From Candidatus Eiseniibacteriota bacterium (GTDB lineage: Bacteria; Eisenbacteria; RBG-16-71-46; SZUA-252), in assembly GCA_031370645.1 (NCBI GenBank), contig JANMQV010000003.1:15435-79434 (forward strand): a stretch of DNA of 64,000 nt, written 5' to 3'. The notes under the pieces were generated by a model. That model was not told the origin of the DNA. It was given only the letters and a program-made list of their open reading frames with translations, and did no database searches. The translations under genes were made by a program, and so were the position numbers. Positions 17,771-29,325 of this stretch are shown piece by piece; position 1 is the first letter of the stretch, and the number at the start of each line of letters is the position of its first letter.

Positions 17771-18994
17771 ATGGGCTACGTCCGAACGATCGCCTTCCGC
17801 TACCTGCGCTCCAAGCGCCGGCTCAACTTTATCACGCTCGTGAGTCTCCTCGCGTCGGGGGGTGTCTTCCTCGGCGTGGCGGCGCTCACCATCGTGCTCT
17901 CCGTCATGAACGGCTTCGAGGACCAGGTCCAGCGGCGCATCGCCGGGACGAACGCCCACATCGCCGTCCTCGGCTCCGACGACGCGCCGCTCCCGATCGG
18001 GGAGGGGATTCCGAACGCGATCCGGAAGGCGCTTCCGGATGCGGAAGTGGCGCCGTTCGTCTACGGGAAGGTGATGGTCGCGTCGAAGTCGAGCGTCGAC
18101 GGCATGGTGTTGAAGGGTGTCGAGCCGCAGCGGGAAGTGCGCGTCACCGATATTCTCGCCCATCTCGCTCCGTCCGAGGGCGCGTTCGACGGGGGCGATC
18201 TCCCCGGCATTGCGCTCGGCCAGGAATTGGCGCTTCGCCTTCGCGTCCGACGTGGCGACATCATCCTCGTGAGCGTTCCGCGGGAAGAGCCGGGTGGAAT
18301 CCTGGGCGGCGTACCGCACAGCCGCCGGCTTCGCGTGAGCGCTATCTTCGAATCGGGGCTCTACGAATACGACTCCTCCTTTGGCATCGTTCTCCTCGAA
18401 ACGGCTCAGGAGTTCTTCGGGCTCGAGAACGAGGTGACGGGATATCAGCTCCGGATCGCCGACCTCTTTCACGCGCGGGAGCATGCCGATCGACTCGGCG
18501 AGGAACTCGGCCCTTCCTATCGGATCACGAACTGGATCGACCTGAACCGGAATCTCTTCGCCTGGATGAAGATCGAGAAGGCGGTCATGTTCACGATCCT
18601 GGTACTCATCGTGCTCGTGGCGGCCGTGAACATCGTCTCGAGCCTGGTGATGCTGGTCTTGGAGAAGCGGCGCGATATCGGGGTTCTTCGGACCATGGGG
18701 GTCACTCCGGGGGGAATCTTGAGGATTTTCCTGCTTCAGGGCACGATGATCGGGGCGGTGGGGACGACCCTCGGCCTGACGGTGGGGGCCGCGGTCTCCT
18801 ACGCGCTCGGACGCTGGAAACTCCTTCAACTGCCGGGCGAGATCTACTTCCTGGACACCTTGCCGGTCAAGATGGAGCCGCTCGATTTCGCGCTCGTCGG
18901 GATCTCCGCGGTGATCATTTGCTTTGCCGCGAGCCTCTACCCGGCGTGGCAAGCGGCGAAGCTTCCGCCGGTGCAGGCGATCCGCTATGAGTGA
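17771..18994 (+). CDS. lolE: Lipoprotein-releasing ABC transporter permease LolC/E
   Basis: IAFRYLRSK, GVAALTIVLSVMNGF, VAAVNIVSSL, EKRRDIGVLRTMG, YPAWQAA. Confidence 0.9.
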   Translation: MGYVRTIAFRYLRSKRRLNFITLVSLLASGGVFLGVAALTIVLSVMNGFEDQVQRRIAGTNAHIAVLGSDDAPLPIGEGIPNAIRKALPDAEVAPFVYGKVMVASKSSVDGMVLKGVEPQREVRVTDILAHLAPSEGAFDGGDLPGIALGQELALRLRVRRGDIILVSVPREEPGGILGGVPHSRRLRVSAIFESGLYEYDSSFGIVLLETAQEFFGLENEVTGYQLRIADLFHAREHADRLGEELGPSYRITNWIDLNRNLFAWMKIEKAVMFTILVLIVLVAAVNIVSSLVMLVLEKRRDIGVLRTMGVTPGGILRIFLLQGTMIGAVGTTLGLTVGAAVSYALGRWKLLQLPGEIYFLDTLPVKMEPLDFALVGISAVIICFAASLYPAWQAAKLPPVQAIRYE

Positions 18995-19724
18995 GGCGCG
19001 CTCGCGCAGAGAGTCGGAGCCAGAGGCGGCACCCGGCGCGACGGCGGCAGCGATCGAAGCCGAAGGGCTCTCGATGACCTATCTCGGGAGCGCCGTCCCC
19101 GTCGAAGTGTTGCGCGAGGTCTCGCTCTCCGTATCGCCTGGAGAAATGGTCGCGATCGTCGGGGCATCGGGATCGGGAAAGTCGACGCTCCTCCATTTGC
19201 TCGGTGGGCTCGACACGCCTTCGAAGGGAACCATCCGCGTGCGCGGCCAAGCGCTGACCGGACTGAGCGAAGATGCTCGATCACGGTTACGGGCGCGCAC
19301 GGTCGGATTCATCTTTCAATTTCACCAGTTGCTTCCGGAGTTCACGGCGCTCGAGAACGCCATGATGCCCGGCTGGATCACCGGAGATCCGCCGGAGGCG
19401 GTCGCGGCACGGGCCACCTCGCTCCTCGAGGGGCTCGGGCTGGGTGCGCGGTTGGAGCACAAACCGGCCGAGCTTTCGGGAGGGGAACAGCAGCGTGTGG
19501 CGGTGGCGCGGGCGCTTCATCATCGGCCCGCCGTGCTCCTTGCGGACGAGCCGACCGGGAATCTCGACCGGCCCGCTACCGAGGCGCTCCTGAAAATATT
19601 GGACCGATACCGGTTGGAGGAGTCCCAAGCCATTGTCATTGCAACACATAACCCAGATGTCGCACGGGCGGCGGGGCGTGTGGTAGCACTTGAGGATGGC
19701 CGTCTCAGGCCGATGAACTTGTAG
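18987..19724 (+). CDS. lolD: Lipoprotein-releasing ABC transporter ATPase
   Basis: GASGSGKST, GFIFQFHQLLPEF, LSGGEQQR, LADEPTGNLD; follows lolC/E. Confidence 0.9.
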   Translation: MSEARSRRESEPEAAPGATAAAIEAEGLSMTYLGSAVPVEVLREVSLSVSPGEMVAIVGASGSGKSTLLHLLGGLDTPSKGTIRVRGQALTGLSEDARSRLRARTVGFIFQFHQLLPEFTALENAMMPGWITGDPPEAVAARATSLLEGLGLGARLEHKPAELSGGEQQRVAVARALHHRPAVLLADEPTGNLDRPATEALLKILDRYRLEESQAIVIATHNPDVARAAGRVVALEDGRLRPMNL

Positions 19725-19819
19725 GATGCCCGCATCTAAGGAGTTGCGGGGGTACCAGGGGCGGGGAGACGCGCAGCCGAGAGCGAACGCCGGGGGGCGA
19801 GGGAGGCCCTGAACGCCAC

Positions 19820-20347
19820 ATGCAATGCCAGATCTGCGGGAAACGACCTGCGGTGGTTCACTTCACCGAGATCGTGAATAACAAGAAGTCCGATCACCAC
19901 GTTTGCGAGAAGTGCGCCGAGGAGCGCGGCTACCACGTGCCGCTGCTCAAGTCGAAGTTCTCGGTCGGCGATCTTCTCGCGGGCATGGTCGATCAGGCGG
20001 GGCAGGGCGAGGAGTCGAAGGTCGGGCGCGTGCAGTGTCCGCGCTGCAATCTCGTCTACTCCGAGTTCAAGGAATCGGGGCGCCTCGGCTGCTCCGACTG
20101 CTACACGACATTCCGTTCGCAACTCCGCCCGCTCCTGCGGCGTATCCACGGCAGCACGAAGCACGTCGGAAAAGCACCGGCGCGCGATTCGGAGCGCGTG
20201 GCGCTTCGCCGCGAGGTGCAGCGGCTCCACGAGGAGTTGCAGCACGCGATCGAGCGCGAGGAGTTCGAGAACGCCGCGTCGATTCGAGACCGTATCCGCG
20301 CCATGGAGGCGCAGAGCGCCGGTCCGGCGGCGGGGAGTTCCACGTGA
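19820..20347 (+). CDS. mcsA: Protein-arginine kinase activator McsA
   Basis: Four CxxC pairs, GRLGCxxCY, RIHG..HVGK, C-terminal UVR domain (EEFENAASIRD). Confidence 0.93.
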   Translation: MQCQICGKRPAVVHFTEIVNNKKSDHHVCEKCAEERGYHVPLLKSKFSVGDLLAGMVDQAGQGEESKVGRVQCPRCNLVYSEFKESGRLGCSDCYTTFRSQLRPLLRRIHGSTKHVGKAPARDSERVALRREVQRLHEELQHAIEREEFENAASIRDRIRAMEAQSAGPAAGSST

Positions 20348-21420
20348 AACTGACCGACCAGGCGAGGCATCTCGGACGCTGGCTCGACGGCACCGGGCCC
20401 TCCTCCGACGTCGTCTTGAGCACGCGCGTCCGACTCGCGAGGAATCTCAAGGAAGTGCCGTTCACGCACCGCGCGAGAGAAGAGCAGCTCGCGATGGTCT
20501 ACTCGAGCGTTCTCTCCGCCGTTCGGAAGACGCCGGTGTTGGCGACGTCGTCCGCGCTGCCGATGCGTGATCTCTCGCCGATCGACCGCCAGTTCCTGGT
20601 CGAGCGGCATCTGATTTCCAACGACCTCGCCGATAACGGCCGCCTGCGGGGATTGCTGCTCTTGCCGGACGAAACGGTCTCGGTGATGGTGAACGAGGAG
20701 GACCATCTCCGGCTCCAGGCCCTCGCCTCGGGCTTTCAGCTTCGGTCGGCGTGGGAAGCGGTGAACGCCATCGATGATGAATTGGGACAGGACCTCGACT
20801 ATGCTTTCAGCGACGAACTCGGCTATCTCACGGCCTGCCCGACGAACGCGGGAACGGGGATGCGGGCGTCGATCCTGATTCACCTGCCGTCGCTGGTGCT
20901 GACGCGCCAGATCGGCCGGGTGCTCCAGGGCATCACGCAGGTCGGACTCGCCGTCCGCGGCTTCTACGGCGAGGGCTCGCAGATCATGGGGAATTTCTTC
21001 CAGATCTCGAACCAGACGACGCTGGGACAGAGCGAGCGTGAGACAATCGAGAGTCTCGATCGCGTCACGCGCCAGATCATCGACTACGAGCAGCGCGCGC
21101 GCGAGGAGCTCTTGAAGGATGCGCGCGTCCAGATCGAGGACAAGGTTTGGAGGGCGTACGGCACGCTCCGCCACAGCCGGGTTATCTCCTCGCAGGAGGT
21201 GATCAACCTGGTTTCCGCCGTTCGGTTCGGACTCTCCCTTCAGATCGAAGGGCTGGCCGACGTGAAGACGCTGAACGAGCTGTTGATTCGGACTCAGCCG
21301 GCTCACATGCAGCTCTGGGCCGGACGCGAATTGGAGCAACGCGAGCGCAACGTCCTCCGCGCGGAGTACGTGCGCCGGTTGCTCGGCGAAGACATCAGCA
21401 ACGCCGCCCGTTCGAACTAG
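20344..21420 (+). CDS. mcsB: Protein-arginine kinase McsB
   Basis: STRVRLARN, LVERHLIS, NEEDHLR, GYLTACPTN, RGFYGEGS, QISNQTTLG. Confidence 0.95.
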   Translation: MKLTDQARHLGRWLDGTGPSSDVVLSTRVRLARNLKEVPFTHRAREEQLAMVYSSVLSAVRKTPVLATSSALPMRDLSPIDRQFLVERHLISNDLADNGRLRGLLLLPDETVSVMVNEEDHLRLQALASGFQLRSAWEAVNAIDDELGQDLDYAFSDELGYLTACPTNAGTGMRASILIHLPSLVLTRQIGRVLQGITQVGLAVRGFYGEGSQIMGNFFQISNQTTLGQSERETIESLDRVTRQIIDYEQRAREELLKDARVQIEDKVWRAYGTLRHSRVISSQEVINLVSAVRFGLSLQIEGLADVKTLNELLIRTQPAHMQLWAGRELEQRERNVLRAEYVRRLLGEDISNAARSN

Positions 21421-21443
21421 CGGGCGCCCCAGGAGGGATCGCG

Positions 21444-23861
21444 ATGCACGACAAGTTTACCGAGCGGGTGCGCAAGGTGATGTACCTCGCGCGGGAAGAA
21501 GCCGCCCGGCTGCAGCACGACTACATCGGCACGGAACACCTCCTGCTCGGCGTCATTCGCGAGGGGGAGGGGATCGCGGCCACGGTGCTGAACAACCTGG
21601 GCCTCGACCTCGACGCGATCCGCCAGGCCGTGGAGAGCATGGTCGCCTCGACCGGCGGCACGCTGACGATCGGGGAGATCCCGTTCACGCCGCGCGCGAA
21701 GCGCGTGCTGGAGCTCTCGGTGGACGAGGCGCGCCAGTTGGGCCACAACTACGTCGGAACCGAGCATCTTCTTCTTGGGTTGATTCGGGAAGGCGAGGGC
21801 GTCGCGGCGCGGGTCCTGCTGGAGCTCGGCGTGGACCGGAAGAAAGTGCGCGAGGAGACGCTGAAGCTCTTGGGAGGGACCCCATCCGTGTCGCAGCCTG
21901 AGCGGGAAGGAAAGGTCGAGACGCCGGCCCTGAATCAATTCGGCCGGGATTTGACCGCGCTCGCGCGGGAGAACAAGCTCGATCCGATCATCGGACGGGA
22001 GCCCGAGATCGAGCGCGTCATTCAGGTGCTGTCGCGCCGGAAGAAGAACAATCCGATTCTCATCGGAGAACCGGGCGTGGGGAAGACCGCCATCGCCGAG
22101 GGGCTGGCCGAGCGGATCGTCGAGAACCGGGTGCCCGAGACGCTGAAGGATAAGCGAATCGTGACGCTCGATCTGGCCGCCGTCGTGGCCGGGACGAAAT
22201 ATCGCGGACAGTTCGAGGAGCGGCTGAAGGCCGTCATGAACGAGATCCGCGAGTCGAAGGACACCATCATCTTCATCGACGAGCTTCACACGATCGTCGG
22301 CGCGGGCGGCGCGGAAGGGGCCATCGACGCCTCCAACATGCTGAAGCCGGCGCTGGCGCGCGGCGAACTGCAGTGCATCGGCGCCACGACCCTCGACGAG
22401 TTCCGGAAGTACATCGAGAAAGACGGCGCCCTGGAGCGGCGTTTCCAGCCGATCATGGTCGATCCCCCTTCGGTGGACCAGACGATCGAGATCATCAAAG
22501 GGCTCCGCGACAAGTACGAGGCGCATCACGGCTCCAAATACACCGACGAGGCCATCGTGGCGGCGGCCCGCCTGGCCGACCGCTACATCAACGACCGTTT
22601 CCTGCCGGACAAGGCGATCGACGTCATCGACGAGGCCGGCGCCTGCGCCCGCCTCTCCGTTTCCGCCATCCCGACGGAAGTGCGCGATCTCGAGAAGCAC
22701 GTCGAGGAAGTGGCGAAGGAGAAGGAAGCCTCCATCCAGCAGCAGGAGTTCGAGAAGGCGGCCCGTCTTCGCGATACGGAGAAGGAACTGCGCGCGAAAC
22801 TACGCGAGCACAAGAAGTCGTGGAACGAGGTGAAGCACGACACGCAGATCACCGTGGACGTGGAAATGATCGCGTCCGTGATCTCCCGGATGACCGGTAT
22901 TCCGATCAACCGGATCGAGGAGAAGGAATCGGCGAAGCTCCTCCGGATGGAGGAGGAGTTGAAGAAGTGGGTCGTGGGCCAGGACGAAGCGGTGGCGGCG
23001 GTGTCGCGCGCCATTCGCCGTAACCGGGCCGGCCTTCGCGATCCGCGGCGCCCGATCGGCTCGTTCATCTTCCTCGGGCCGACCGGCGTCGGCAAGACGG
23101 AGCTCGCGCGCGTCCTGGCGCGGTTCCTCTTCGACGACCCCGAGGCGCTCATCCGCATCGACATGTCGGAGTACATGGAGAAGTTCTCGGTCTCGCGCCT
23201 CATCGGCGCGCCCCCGGGCTACGTCGGGCACGAAGAGGGCGGGCAGCTGACGGAGAAGGTTCGGCGGAAGCCCTACTCGGTGGTTCTCCTCGACGAGATC
23301 GAGAAGGCGCATCCCGACGTCTTCAATATCCTCCTTCAAGTGCTGGACGACGGTCAGTTGACCGACAGTCTCCGACGGAAGGTCGATTTCAAGAATACGG
23401 TCCTGATCATGACGTCCAACATCGGTGCGCGGCAGATCAAGGGGGCGCGGAGCCTCGGCTTCTCCGAGCGGACCGAGGCGTCGTCGTACGAAACGATGAA
23501 GACGACGATCCTCGACGAGTTGAAGCGGGCGTTCAATCCGGAGTTCCTGAACCGGGTGGACGAATCGATCGTCTTCCATTCGCTCTCGCGGATCGAGATG
23601 CTCGCCATCACGCGCATTCTGCTGAATCAGGTCGTCGATCGGCTCGGCCTCACGGGGGTGAAGCTCTCCTTCGACGAGCCGGTCATCGAGTTGCTGATCG
23701 AAAAGGGATTCGACGCCGCGCTCGGAGCGCGGCCGCTCAAGCGCGCCATTCAAAAGCTCATCGAGGACCCCCTCTCGGAGCATGTTCTGCGCGGGCAATT
23801 GAAGGAAGGCAGCGACGTGCTTGTTCGCCGGCAGGGCGACGAGCTCGCGTTCAACTCTTGA
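21444..23861 (+). CDS. clpC: ATP-dependent Clp protease ATP-binding subunit ClpC
   Basis: Double Clp_N repeat, [11 protein letters not shown] middle domain, [11 protein letters not shown] ClpP-binding loop; ATG after AGGAGG. Confidence 0.96.
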   Translation: MHDKFTERVRKVMYLAREEAARLQHDYIGTEHLLLGVIREGEGIAATVLNNLGLDLDAIRQAVESMVASTGGTLTIGEIPFTPRAKRVLELSVDEARQLGHNYVGTEHLLLGLIREGEGVAARVLLELGVDRKKVREETLKLLGGTPSVSQPEREGKVETPALNQFGRDLTALARENKLDPIIGREPEIERVIQVLSRRKKNNPILIGEPGVGKTAIAEGLAERIVENRVPETLKDKRIVTLDLAAVVAGTKYRGQFEERLKAVMNEIRESKDTIIFIDELHTIVGAGGAEGAIDASNMLKPALARGELQCIGATTLDEFRKYIEKDGALERRFQPIMVDPPSVDQTIEIIKGLRDKYEAHHGSKYTDEAIVAAARLADRYINDRFLPDKAIDVIDEAGACARLSVSAIPTEVRDLEKHVEEVAKEKEASIQQQEFEKAARLRDTEKELRAKLREHKKSWNEVKHDTQITVDVEMIASVISRMTGIPINRIEEKESAKLLRMEEELKKWVVGQDEAVAAVSRAIRRNRAGLRDPRRPIGSFIFLGPTGVGKTELARVLARFLFDDPEALIRIDMSEYMEKFSVSRLIGAPPGYVGHEEGGQLTEKVRRKPYSVVLLDEIEKAHPDVFNILLQVLDDGQLTDSLRRKVDFKNTVLIMTSNIGARQIKGARSLGFSERTEASSYETMKTTILDELKRAFNPEFLNRVDESIVFHSLSRIEMLAITRILLNQVVDRLGLTGVKLSFDEPVIELLIEKGFDAALGARPLKRAIQKLIEDPLSEHVLRGQLKEGSDVLVRRQGDELAFNS

Positions 23862-26296
23862 CGGTTCCCTCGACGAAGGATCGTCCCGATTTCGCGTATC
23901 ACCGGGTCCCGGCGCTCCAGGCCGGGATCCGCGTGGCCGCGATCTTTTTTTTGCTCCTCGCTGGCTCGATCGAGCCAGCGTCGGCACAGCAGGCGGAGCG
24001 CCTTGGGGCTCCGGCGGACTCCGGCATCGTGCTTCCACTCGACGGGCCCGACCAGGGCGCGCCGGGGAACCCTCCGCGGACCGGCGGGAGCATCAACTCC
24101 GTTAGCGTCGCCGGATTCGCCAACGTCGACTCCCTGGTGATCATCCGCACGTTTGGCCTGAAGGCGGGCGACGTTTACGAGCGCTCCGCGCTCTCCGACG
24201 CGGTGAGGCGTCTCTACGCGACGGGGCTCTTCACCGACGTGGATATCGTCGACCAGGCGGCCCCGGAAGGGGGCGTGGCGCTGATCATCCACGTGCGGGA
24301 GCGGCCGCGCGTCCAGGGCGTCGTCTTCGTGGGAAATCACAAGCTCGACGAGGCCGCCCTGAAAGGGAAGATCACGGTCGCCAACGGGCAGCTCCTCGAC
24401 AAGAGCGTTCTCGAACTCGACGCGCGGAAGATCGCGGACGCCTACGCCGACGACGGCTACGCCCGCGCCCGCGTCTCGGCGAAGACCGACTCCACGGGAC
24501 CCGGCGTCGTGGGCGTCAAGTTCGAGATCATCGAGGGAACGAAGCAGAAGGTTCGCGGCATCCAGATACACGGTGTGACCACGCTTTCGAAGAGCGACCT
24601 GGCCGACGCCATGAAGAGCAAGATGCCCGGCTTCCTGAAGAGCGGTACCTACAAGCCGTCGAAGACGGACGAGGACATGACCGCGCTCCGCCTCTACATG
24701 AGGAGCCGGGGATTCCGCGACGCGGAGGTCGACTCCATCCGGCCCGAGGAGACGGCGGACGGAAAGGGAGTCATCCTCCACACGTACGTTCGCGAAGGGC
24801 CGCGCTACCGATTCGGATCGATGTCGTGGTCGGGGAACACCGCGGTGCCGACCGTGGCGCTCGAGTTCGTGACCACCTGCCGCCCCGGGCTCCCCTATGA
24901 CGAATCGAAGGTTCAGAAGACGCTCCAGTCCGCCTACGAGCTCTACCAAGAGACCGGCTATCTCTTCCTCTCGATCGACCCCAAGTTCAGCGATCGCGAC
25001 ACGATCGTCGACATCGCCTTCGCGGTTCAGGAAGGGCAGCGCTCCCGCGTGGCCGATCTCAAGATCATCGGAAACACGCGGACCAAGGAGAACGTCATCC
25101 GTCGCGAGGCAAAGGTGCACCCCGGGGACACCTTCCGCCGCTCCTCCCTCATGCGGACGCAGCGCGATATTTTCGGGCTCGGTTTCTTCCAGGACGTGAA
25201 CGTCGACTACGAGCCGACGGGGGACAGCGCCGACATCAACCTGACGCTGAAGGTGCAGGAGAAGCAGACCGGCACGGCCAGCGCCGGCGCCGGCTATTCG
25301 AGTCAGACCGGTCTGACCGGCTTTCTCGAGCTGGGCCACAACAACCTCTTCGGGAACGGCCAGAGCATTTCGATCCGTGTGGAGCGGGGCGGTCGCCGCC
25401 GCGACCTCCAGCTCTCATTCACGGAGCCCTGGTTCCGCGACACCCCCCTCACGGTCGGGGTGGATCTCTTCAATACGCAGCGCAATCTCGACTTCTACGA
25501 CCGTAAGGACGTCGGCGGAGGATTTCGGCTCGGCCGACCGTTACCGTGGCCCGACTACAGCCGCGGCGTCATCGGATACGATCTTCGCGACGTGACGCTC
25601 AGCAGCTTCGACGCGCCGCGCGCGGGCGAGCCGCTCAATCTCGAGAAGCTCCGCGACACCAAGTGGCCACGGCGGGTGAGCAGCATCAACTTCACCCTGA
25701 CGCGAAACAGCACCGACAACCCGTTCAATCCCGGACGGGGCTCCAAACTGACTTGGGTGAACACCCTCGCGGGGGGACCGCTCGGTGGGGTCGAGGAATT
25801 CCTGAAGGAGAGCTTCGAGCTTCGGAACTACACGAAGCTCCGAAAGCCCTTCACGCTCATGCTCCGCGGGAAGGCCGGCTTCCTCGCGGGAGGGTCGGTC
25901 CCCGACTACGAGCGTTTCCGGCTCGGAGGAACGACTTCCGACTATCTTCGCGGCTACCCTGACTACTATGTCGTCCCGCGGGCCAACGTCACGAAATCGG
26001 AGCTGACCGGGAGCGTCATCGAGCGCTATCCGGGCGGCCGGACGATGCTCATCCTGACCACGGAACTCCAATTCCCGATTGCCGATCCGCTCCGGGGTCT
26101 CCTCTTCTTCGACGCCGGAAACACCTGGAATTCGACCCGCGATCTCGACCTCGGGGACCTTCGAAAGGGCGCTGGCGTCGGTATCCGCATGGAAATTCCC
26201 GCCCTGGGGCGGGTTGGATTCGATGTAGGGTATGGGTTCGACCGTGAGGAAGGGGGGTCTTGGGAGACCCACTTCCAACTTGGTAACACTTTCTGA
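23858..26296 (+). CDS. bamA: Outer membrane protein assembly factor BamA (start uncertain)
   Basis: Signal peptide, POTRA repeats (GNTRTKENVIRRE), NLFGNG, LRGY, C-terminal HFQLGNTF. Confidence 0.93.
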   Translation: MTVPSTKDRPDFAYHRVPALQAGIRVAAIFFLLLAGSIEPASAQQAERLGAPADSGIVLPLDGPDQGAPGNPPRTGGSINSVSVAGFANVDSLVIIRTFGLKAGDVYERSALSDAVRRLYATGLFTDVDIVDQAAPEGGVALIIHVRERPRVQGVVFVGNHKLDEAALKGKITVANGQLLDKSVLELDARKIADAYADDGYARARVSAKTDSTGPGVVGVKFEIIEGTKQKVRGIQIHGVTTLSKSDLADAMKSKMPGFLKSGTYKPSKTDEDMTALRLYMRSRGFRDAEVDSIRPEETADGKGVILHTYVREGPRYRFGSMSWSGNTAVPTVALEFVTTCRPGLPYDESKVQKTLQSAYELYQETGYLFLSIDPKFSDRDTIVDIAFAVQEGQRSRVADLKIIGNTRTKENVIRREAKVHPGDTFRRSSLMRTQRDIFGLGFFQDVNVDYEPTGDSADINLTLKVQEKQTGTASAGAGYSSQTGLTGFLELGHNNLFGNGQSISIRVERGGRRRDLQLSFTEPWFRDTPLTVGVDLFNTQRNLDFYDRKDVGGGFRLGRPLPWPDYSRGVIGYDLRDVTLSSFDAPRAGEPLNLEKLRDTKWPRRVSSINFTLTRNSTDNPFNPGRGSKLTWVNTLAGGPLGGVEEFLKESFELRNYTKLRKPFTLMLRGKAGFLAGGSVPDYERFRLGGTTSDYLRGYPDYYVVPRANVTKSELTGSVIERYPGGRTMLILTTELQFPIADPLRGLLFFDAGNTWNSTRDLDLGDLRKGAGVGIRMEIPALGRVGFDVGYGFDREEGGSWETHFQLGNTF

Positions 26297-26312
26297 GGTA
26301 AGGGGTTAGAAG

Positions 26313-26903
26313 ATGGCTCGACACCGATCAGGACGTGGGGTAGTCTGGGGCGCGCTCTTCGTCGCCCTCCTCTTCGGGGGGGCTCGAATCGCGTCGGCTG
26401 ACGTGAAGCTCGCCTTCATCGACTCCGACCGGATCTTCGCGGAATACGAGAAGACTCGGGAGGCTCAGGCCGCGTTCAACCGGGAGGTGCAGGAGCTGTC
26501 TCGGACCGCCCAGGATCAGAAGGCCGAAATCGACAAGATGCAGAAGCGTCTGGACCAGCAGAGCCCCATGCTGAGCGAGGCGAAGCGGGACCAGGAGACG
26601 CAGGCTCTGCAGCAGAAGGTGAGCGACTACGAGTCGTTCATTCAGAAGAATTGGGGTCCCGGCGGAGCGATCTCCAAGCTGAACGAGGAGTACCTCCGGC
26701 CGATTATCGATCGTGTCCATCGGGTCGTGGCCGATATCGGTAACAACGACGGGTATCAACTCATTCTCGACGCCGCGGACGGAAACATCGTCTACGGCGA
26801 CCAGTCGCTCGACCTGACGAACCGGGTTCTGTCGCGGCTTCGGGACGAAGATGCGGGTAAGGTTCCGCCGGTTGGAAGCGGAACCACGACCGGCGGACCG
26901 TAG
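26313..26903 (+). CDS. skp: OmpH/Skp periplasmic chaperone
   Basis: Signal peptide, KLAFIDS, coiled coil, GYQLILD, DLTNRV; between bamA and lpxD. Confidence 0.92.
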   Translation: MARHRSGRGVVWGALFVALLFGGARIASADVKLAFIDSDRIFAEYEKTREAQAAFNREVQELSRTAQDQKAEIDKMQKRLDQQSPMLSEAKRDQETQALQQKVSDYESFIQKNWGPGGAISKLNEEYLRPIIDRVHRVVADIGNNDGYQLILDAADGNIVYGDQSLDLTNRVLSRLRDEDAGKVPPVGSGTTTGGP

Positions 26904-26953
26904 TCGAACCGCCGCCGCGATTCGCGTCACGTACGGCGCGAAGGGAGCAACGG

Positions 26954-28000
26954 ATGCGCGTCACCCTGGAGACCGTGGCCAAAGCCATCGATGGCGAAGT
27001 CATCGGCGACGGGTCGATTGAGATCACGGGCGTGGCCGGCATCCGAGAGGCGCGCGAAGGGGAACTGACCTTCCTCGCCAATCCCCGCTACGAGAGCTAC
27101 CTCGACGAGACGCGCGCCTCGGCCATTATCGTGGCCGAGAACCACCGCGTGACCGACAAGATCCTCGTCCGAAATTCGAATCCCTACCTCGCCTTCCTGA
27201 AGGCGGTCTGCTTCTTCCAGGGGGACGAGTCACGTCCCGAACCGGGCGTCCATCCGACGGCGGTCGTAGCACCCGGGGTCGACATCGATCCGAGTGCCTC
27301 GATCGGCCCGCAGGTCGTGCTCGAGCCCGGCTCACGCGTCGGCCCGGGGGCGCGAATCGACGCCGGCTGCTACATCGGCGCGGGCGCCACCGTGGGGGCT
27401 GAGACGAGGATCTATCCGAACGTCACGGTGCGTGAAGGTTGCTCCCTCGGCGATCGGGTCATCGTCCACTCCGGGACCGTGATCGGGAGCGATGGATTCG
27501 GCTTCGTCCGCGACGGCGATCTCTATCGGAAATTGCCGCAGGTCGGGACCGTGGTGGTGGAGAACGACGTCGAGATCGGCGCCTGCGTTACGATCGATCG
27601 GGCCACGACCGGCACGACGCGGATCGGCGAGGGGAGCAAGATCGACAACCTCGTCCAGATCGGCCATAACGTACAGATCGGCCGCCACTGCATCATCGTG
27701 GCGCAGGTCGGCATCTCCGGCAGCACGGAGGTGGGGGATCATGTCGTCATCGCCGGCCAGGTCGGCATCGTCGGACACATCGAGATCGGCAGCGGCGCGC
27801 AGATCGGCGCGAAGTCCGGCGTCTCGAAGTCGATCAAGCCGGGGCAGCGGGTGTTCGGCTATCCCGCACTTCCGGTCGTCCAGGCGAAGCGGATCGAGGC
27901 CTGTCTCCGAAAACTTCCCGACCTGGTACAGACGGTCCGGGCGCTGAAGCGCCGCGTGGAAGAGCTCGAAGGCGGGAACGGCGGAGGCACTCCCGGTTGA
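26954..28000 (+). CDS. lpxD: UDP-3-O-acylglucosamine N-acyltransferase
   Basis: Hexapeptide repeats, [19 protein letters not shown]. Confidence 0.96.
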   Translation: MRVTLETVAKAIDGEVIGDGSIEITGVAGIREAREGELTFLANPRYESYLDETRASAIIVAENHRVTDKILVRNSNPYLAFLKAVCFFQGDESRPEPGVHPTAVVAPGVDIDPSASIGPQVVLEPGSRVGPGARIDAGCYIGAGATVGAETRIYPNVTVREGCSLGDRVIVHSGTVIGSDGFGFVRDGDLYRKLPQVGTVVVENDVEIGACVTIDRATTGTTRIGEGSKIDNLVQIGHNVQIGRHCIIVAQVGISGSTEVGDHVVIAGQVGIVGHIEIGSGAQIGAKSGVSKSIKPGQRVFGYPALPVVQAKRIEACLRKLPDLVQTVRALKRRVEELEGGNGGGTPG

Positions 28001-29325
28001 GCCAACCCCACCAGCGAACGCTCGGCCGCGTCGTCTCCTACGACGGCGTCGGGCTCCACACCGGCGTCCCCTGTCATATCGAGTTTCGTCCCGCCGCTCC
28101 CGGAACCGGTGTGCGATTCGTGCGCCTCGACCTTCCCGGCGAGCCCGAGATCCCGGTCGCGCCCGCCTTCGCTCGCGCCGACAACGACAACCTGCGCCGC
28201 ACCGTTCTGAAGAACGGCGAGGCGGAGGTCCACACGGTCGAGCATGTCCTCGCCGCGGTCGCCGGGCTCGAGATCGACAATCTCGTCATCGCGCTGAACG
28301 CCGCCGAGCCTCCCGAGCCTTCCGACGGGAGCGCGAGCGCCTATGTGACCCTCTTCCAGCAGGCGGGAATCGTCGAGCAGCAGGCCACGCGGCGCTACTT
28401 CCACGTGCACGAGCCCGTTCGCCACGAGGAGGGGGGCGTCGTGCTCGCGGCGTTTCCGCACGAGGGCCTTCGCGTCACCTTCACCATCGAATATCCGAAC
28501 GCCTTCCACGGCACGCAGCACGCCACGTACGACATCACGCCCGAGGTCTTCGTGAAGGAGATCGCGCCGGCAAGGACGTTCGTGCTCGAGCGCGACGTGG
28601 AAGCCCTCCGCGCGAAAGGGATGATCCGCGGCGGATCGCTCAAGAACGCCGTCGTGGTGAAGCCCGATGGCATCATGAACGAGGGCGGGCTCCGCTTCGA
28701 GGACGAGATGGTGCGGCACAAGATTCTCGACTTCCTGGGCGACCTGTCGCTCCTGGGGCGCCCCGCGCGCGGCCACTTTCTCTCGATCAAGTCGGGGCAC
28801 GCGAGCAACGTCCGCTTCGTGCAGCGGCTGGCGGCCAGCGAGGCCGCGGGCGGAATCGCGCCGATCGACGGGAACGGGAACGGGACGCTGTCGCTCGACA
28901 TCAACGCGATCATGCGGATCATGCCGCACCGCTATCCACTCCTTCTCATCGATCGGATTCTGAGTCTCGACGAGGCGCGGGTGGTGGGGATCAAGAACGT
29001 CACGATCAACGAACCCTTCTTCGAGGGCCATTTCCCGGGGCACCCGATCATGCCCGCGGTGCTCATCGTCGAGGCGATGGCGCAATGCGGCGGCGTGCTC
29101 CTGATGAACCGGGTCGACCGACCCAAGGACAAGCTGGTCTACTTCATGGGCATCGATAACGCGAAGTTCAGAAAGCCGGTGAGACCCGGAGACCAACTCC
29201 GCTTCGAGCTGACCCTGATTCGCCTCAAGCAGCGCATCTGTAAGATGGAGGGAAAGGCCTACGTCGATGGAGACCTCGTCGCGGAAGCAGAGCTCCTATC
29301 CAGCATCGTTGACCGCAATCCCTGA
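27997..29325 (+). CDS. lpxC: Bifunctional LpxC deacetylase / FabZ dehydratase fusion
   Basis: GVGLHTG, TVEH, ARTF, RHKILD, then [23 protein letters not shown] in one ORF. Confidence 0.96.
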   Translation: MSQPHQRTLGRVVSYDGVGLHTGVPCHIEFRPAAPGTGVRFVRLDLPGEPEIPVAPAFARADNDNLRRTVLKNGEAEVHTVEHVLAAVAGLEIDNLVIALNAAEPPEPSDGSASAYVTLFQQAGIVEQQATRRYFHVHEPVRHEEGGVVLAAFPHEGLRVTFTIEYPNAFHGTQHATYDITPEVFVKEIAPARTFVLERDVEALRAKGMIRGGSLKNAVVVKPDGIMNEGGLRFEDEMVRHKILDFLGDLSLLGRPARGHFLSIKSGHASNVRFVQRLAASEAAGGIAPIDGNGNGTLSLDINAIMRIMPHRYPLLLIDRILSLDEARVVGIKNVTINEPFFEGHFPGHPIMPAVLIVEAMAQCGGVLLMNRVDRPKDKLVYFMGIDNAKFRKPVRPGDQLRFELTLIRLKQRICKMEGKAYVDGDLVAEAELLSSIVDRNP

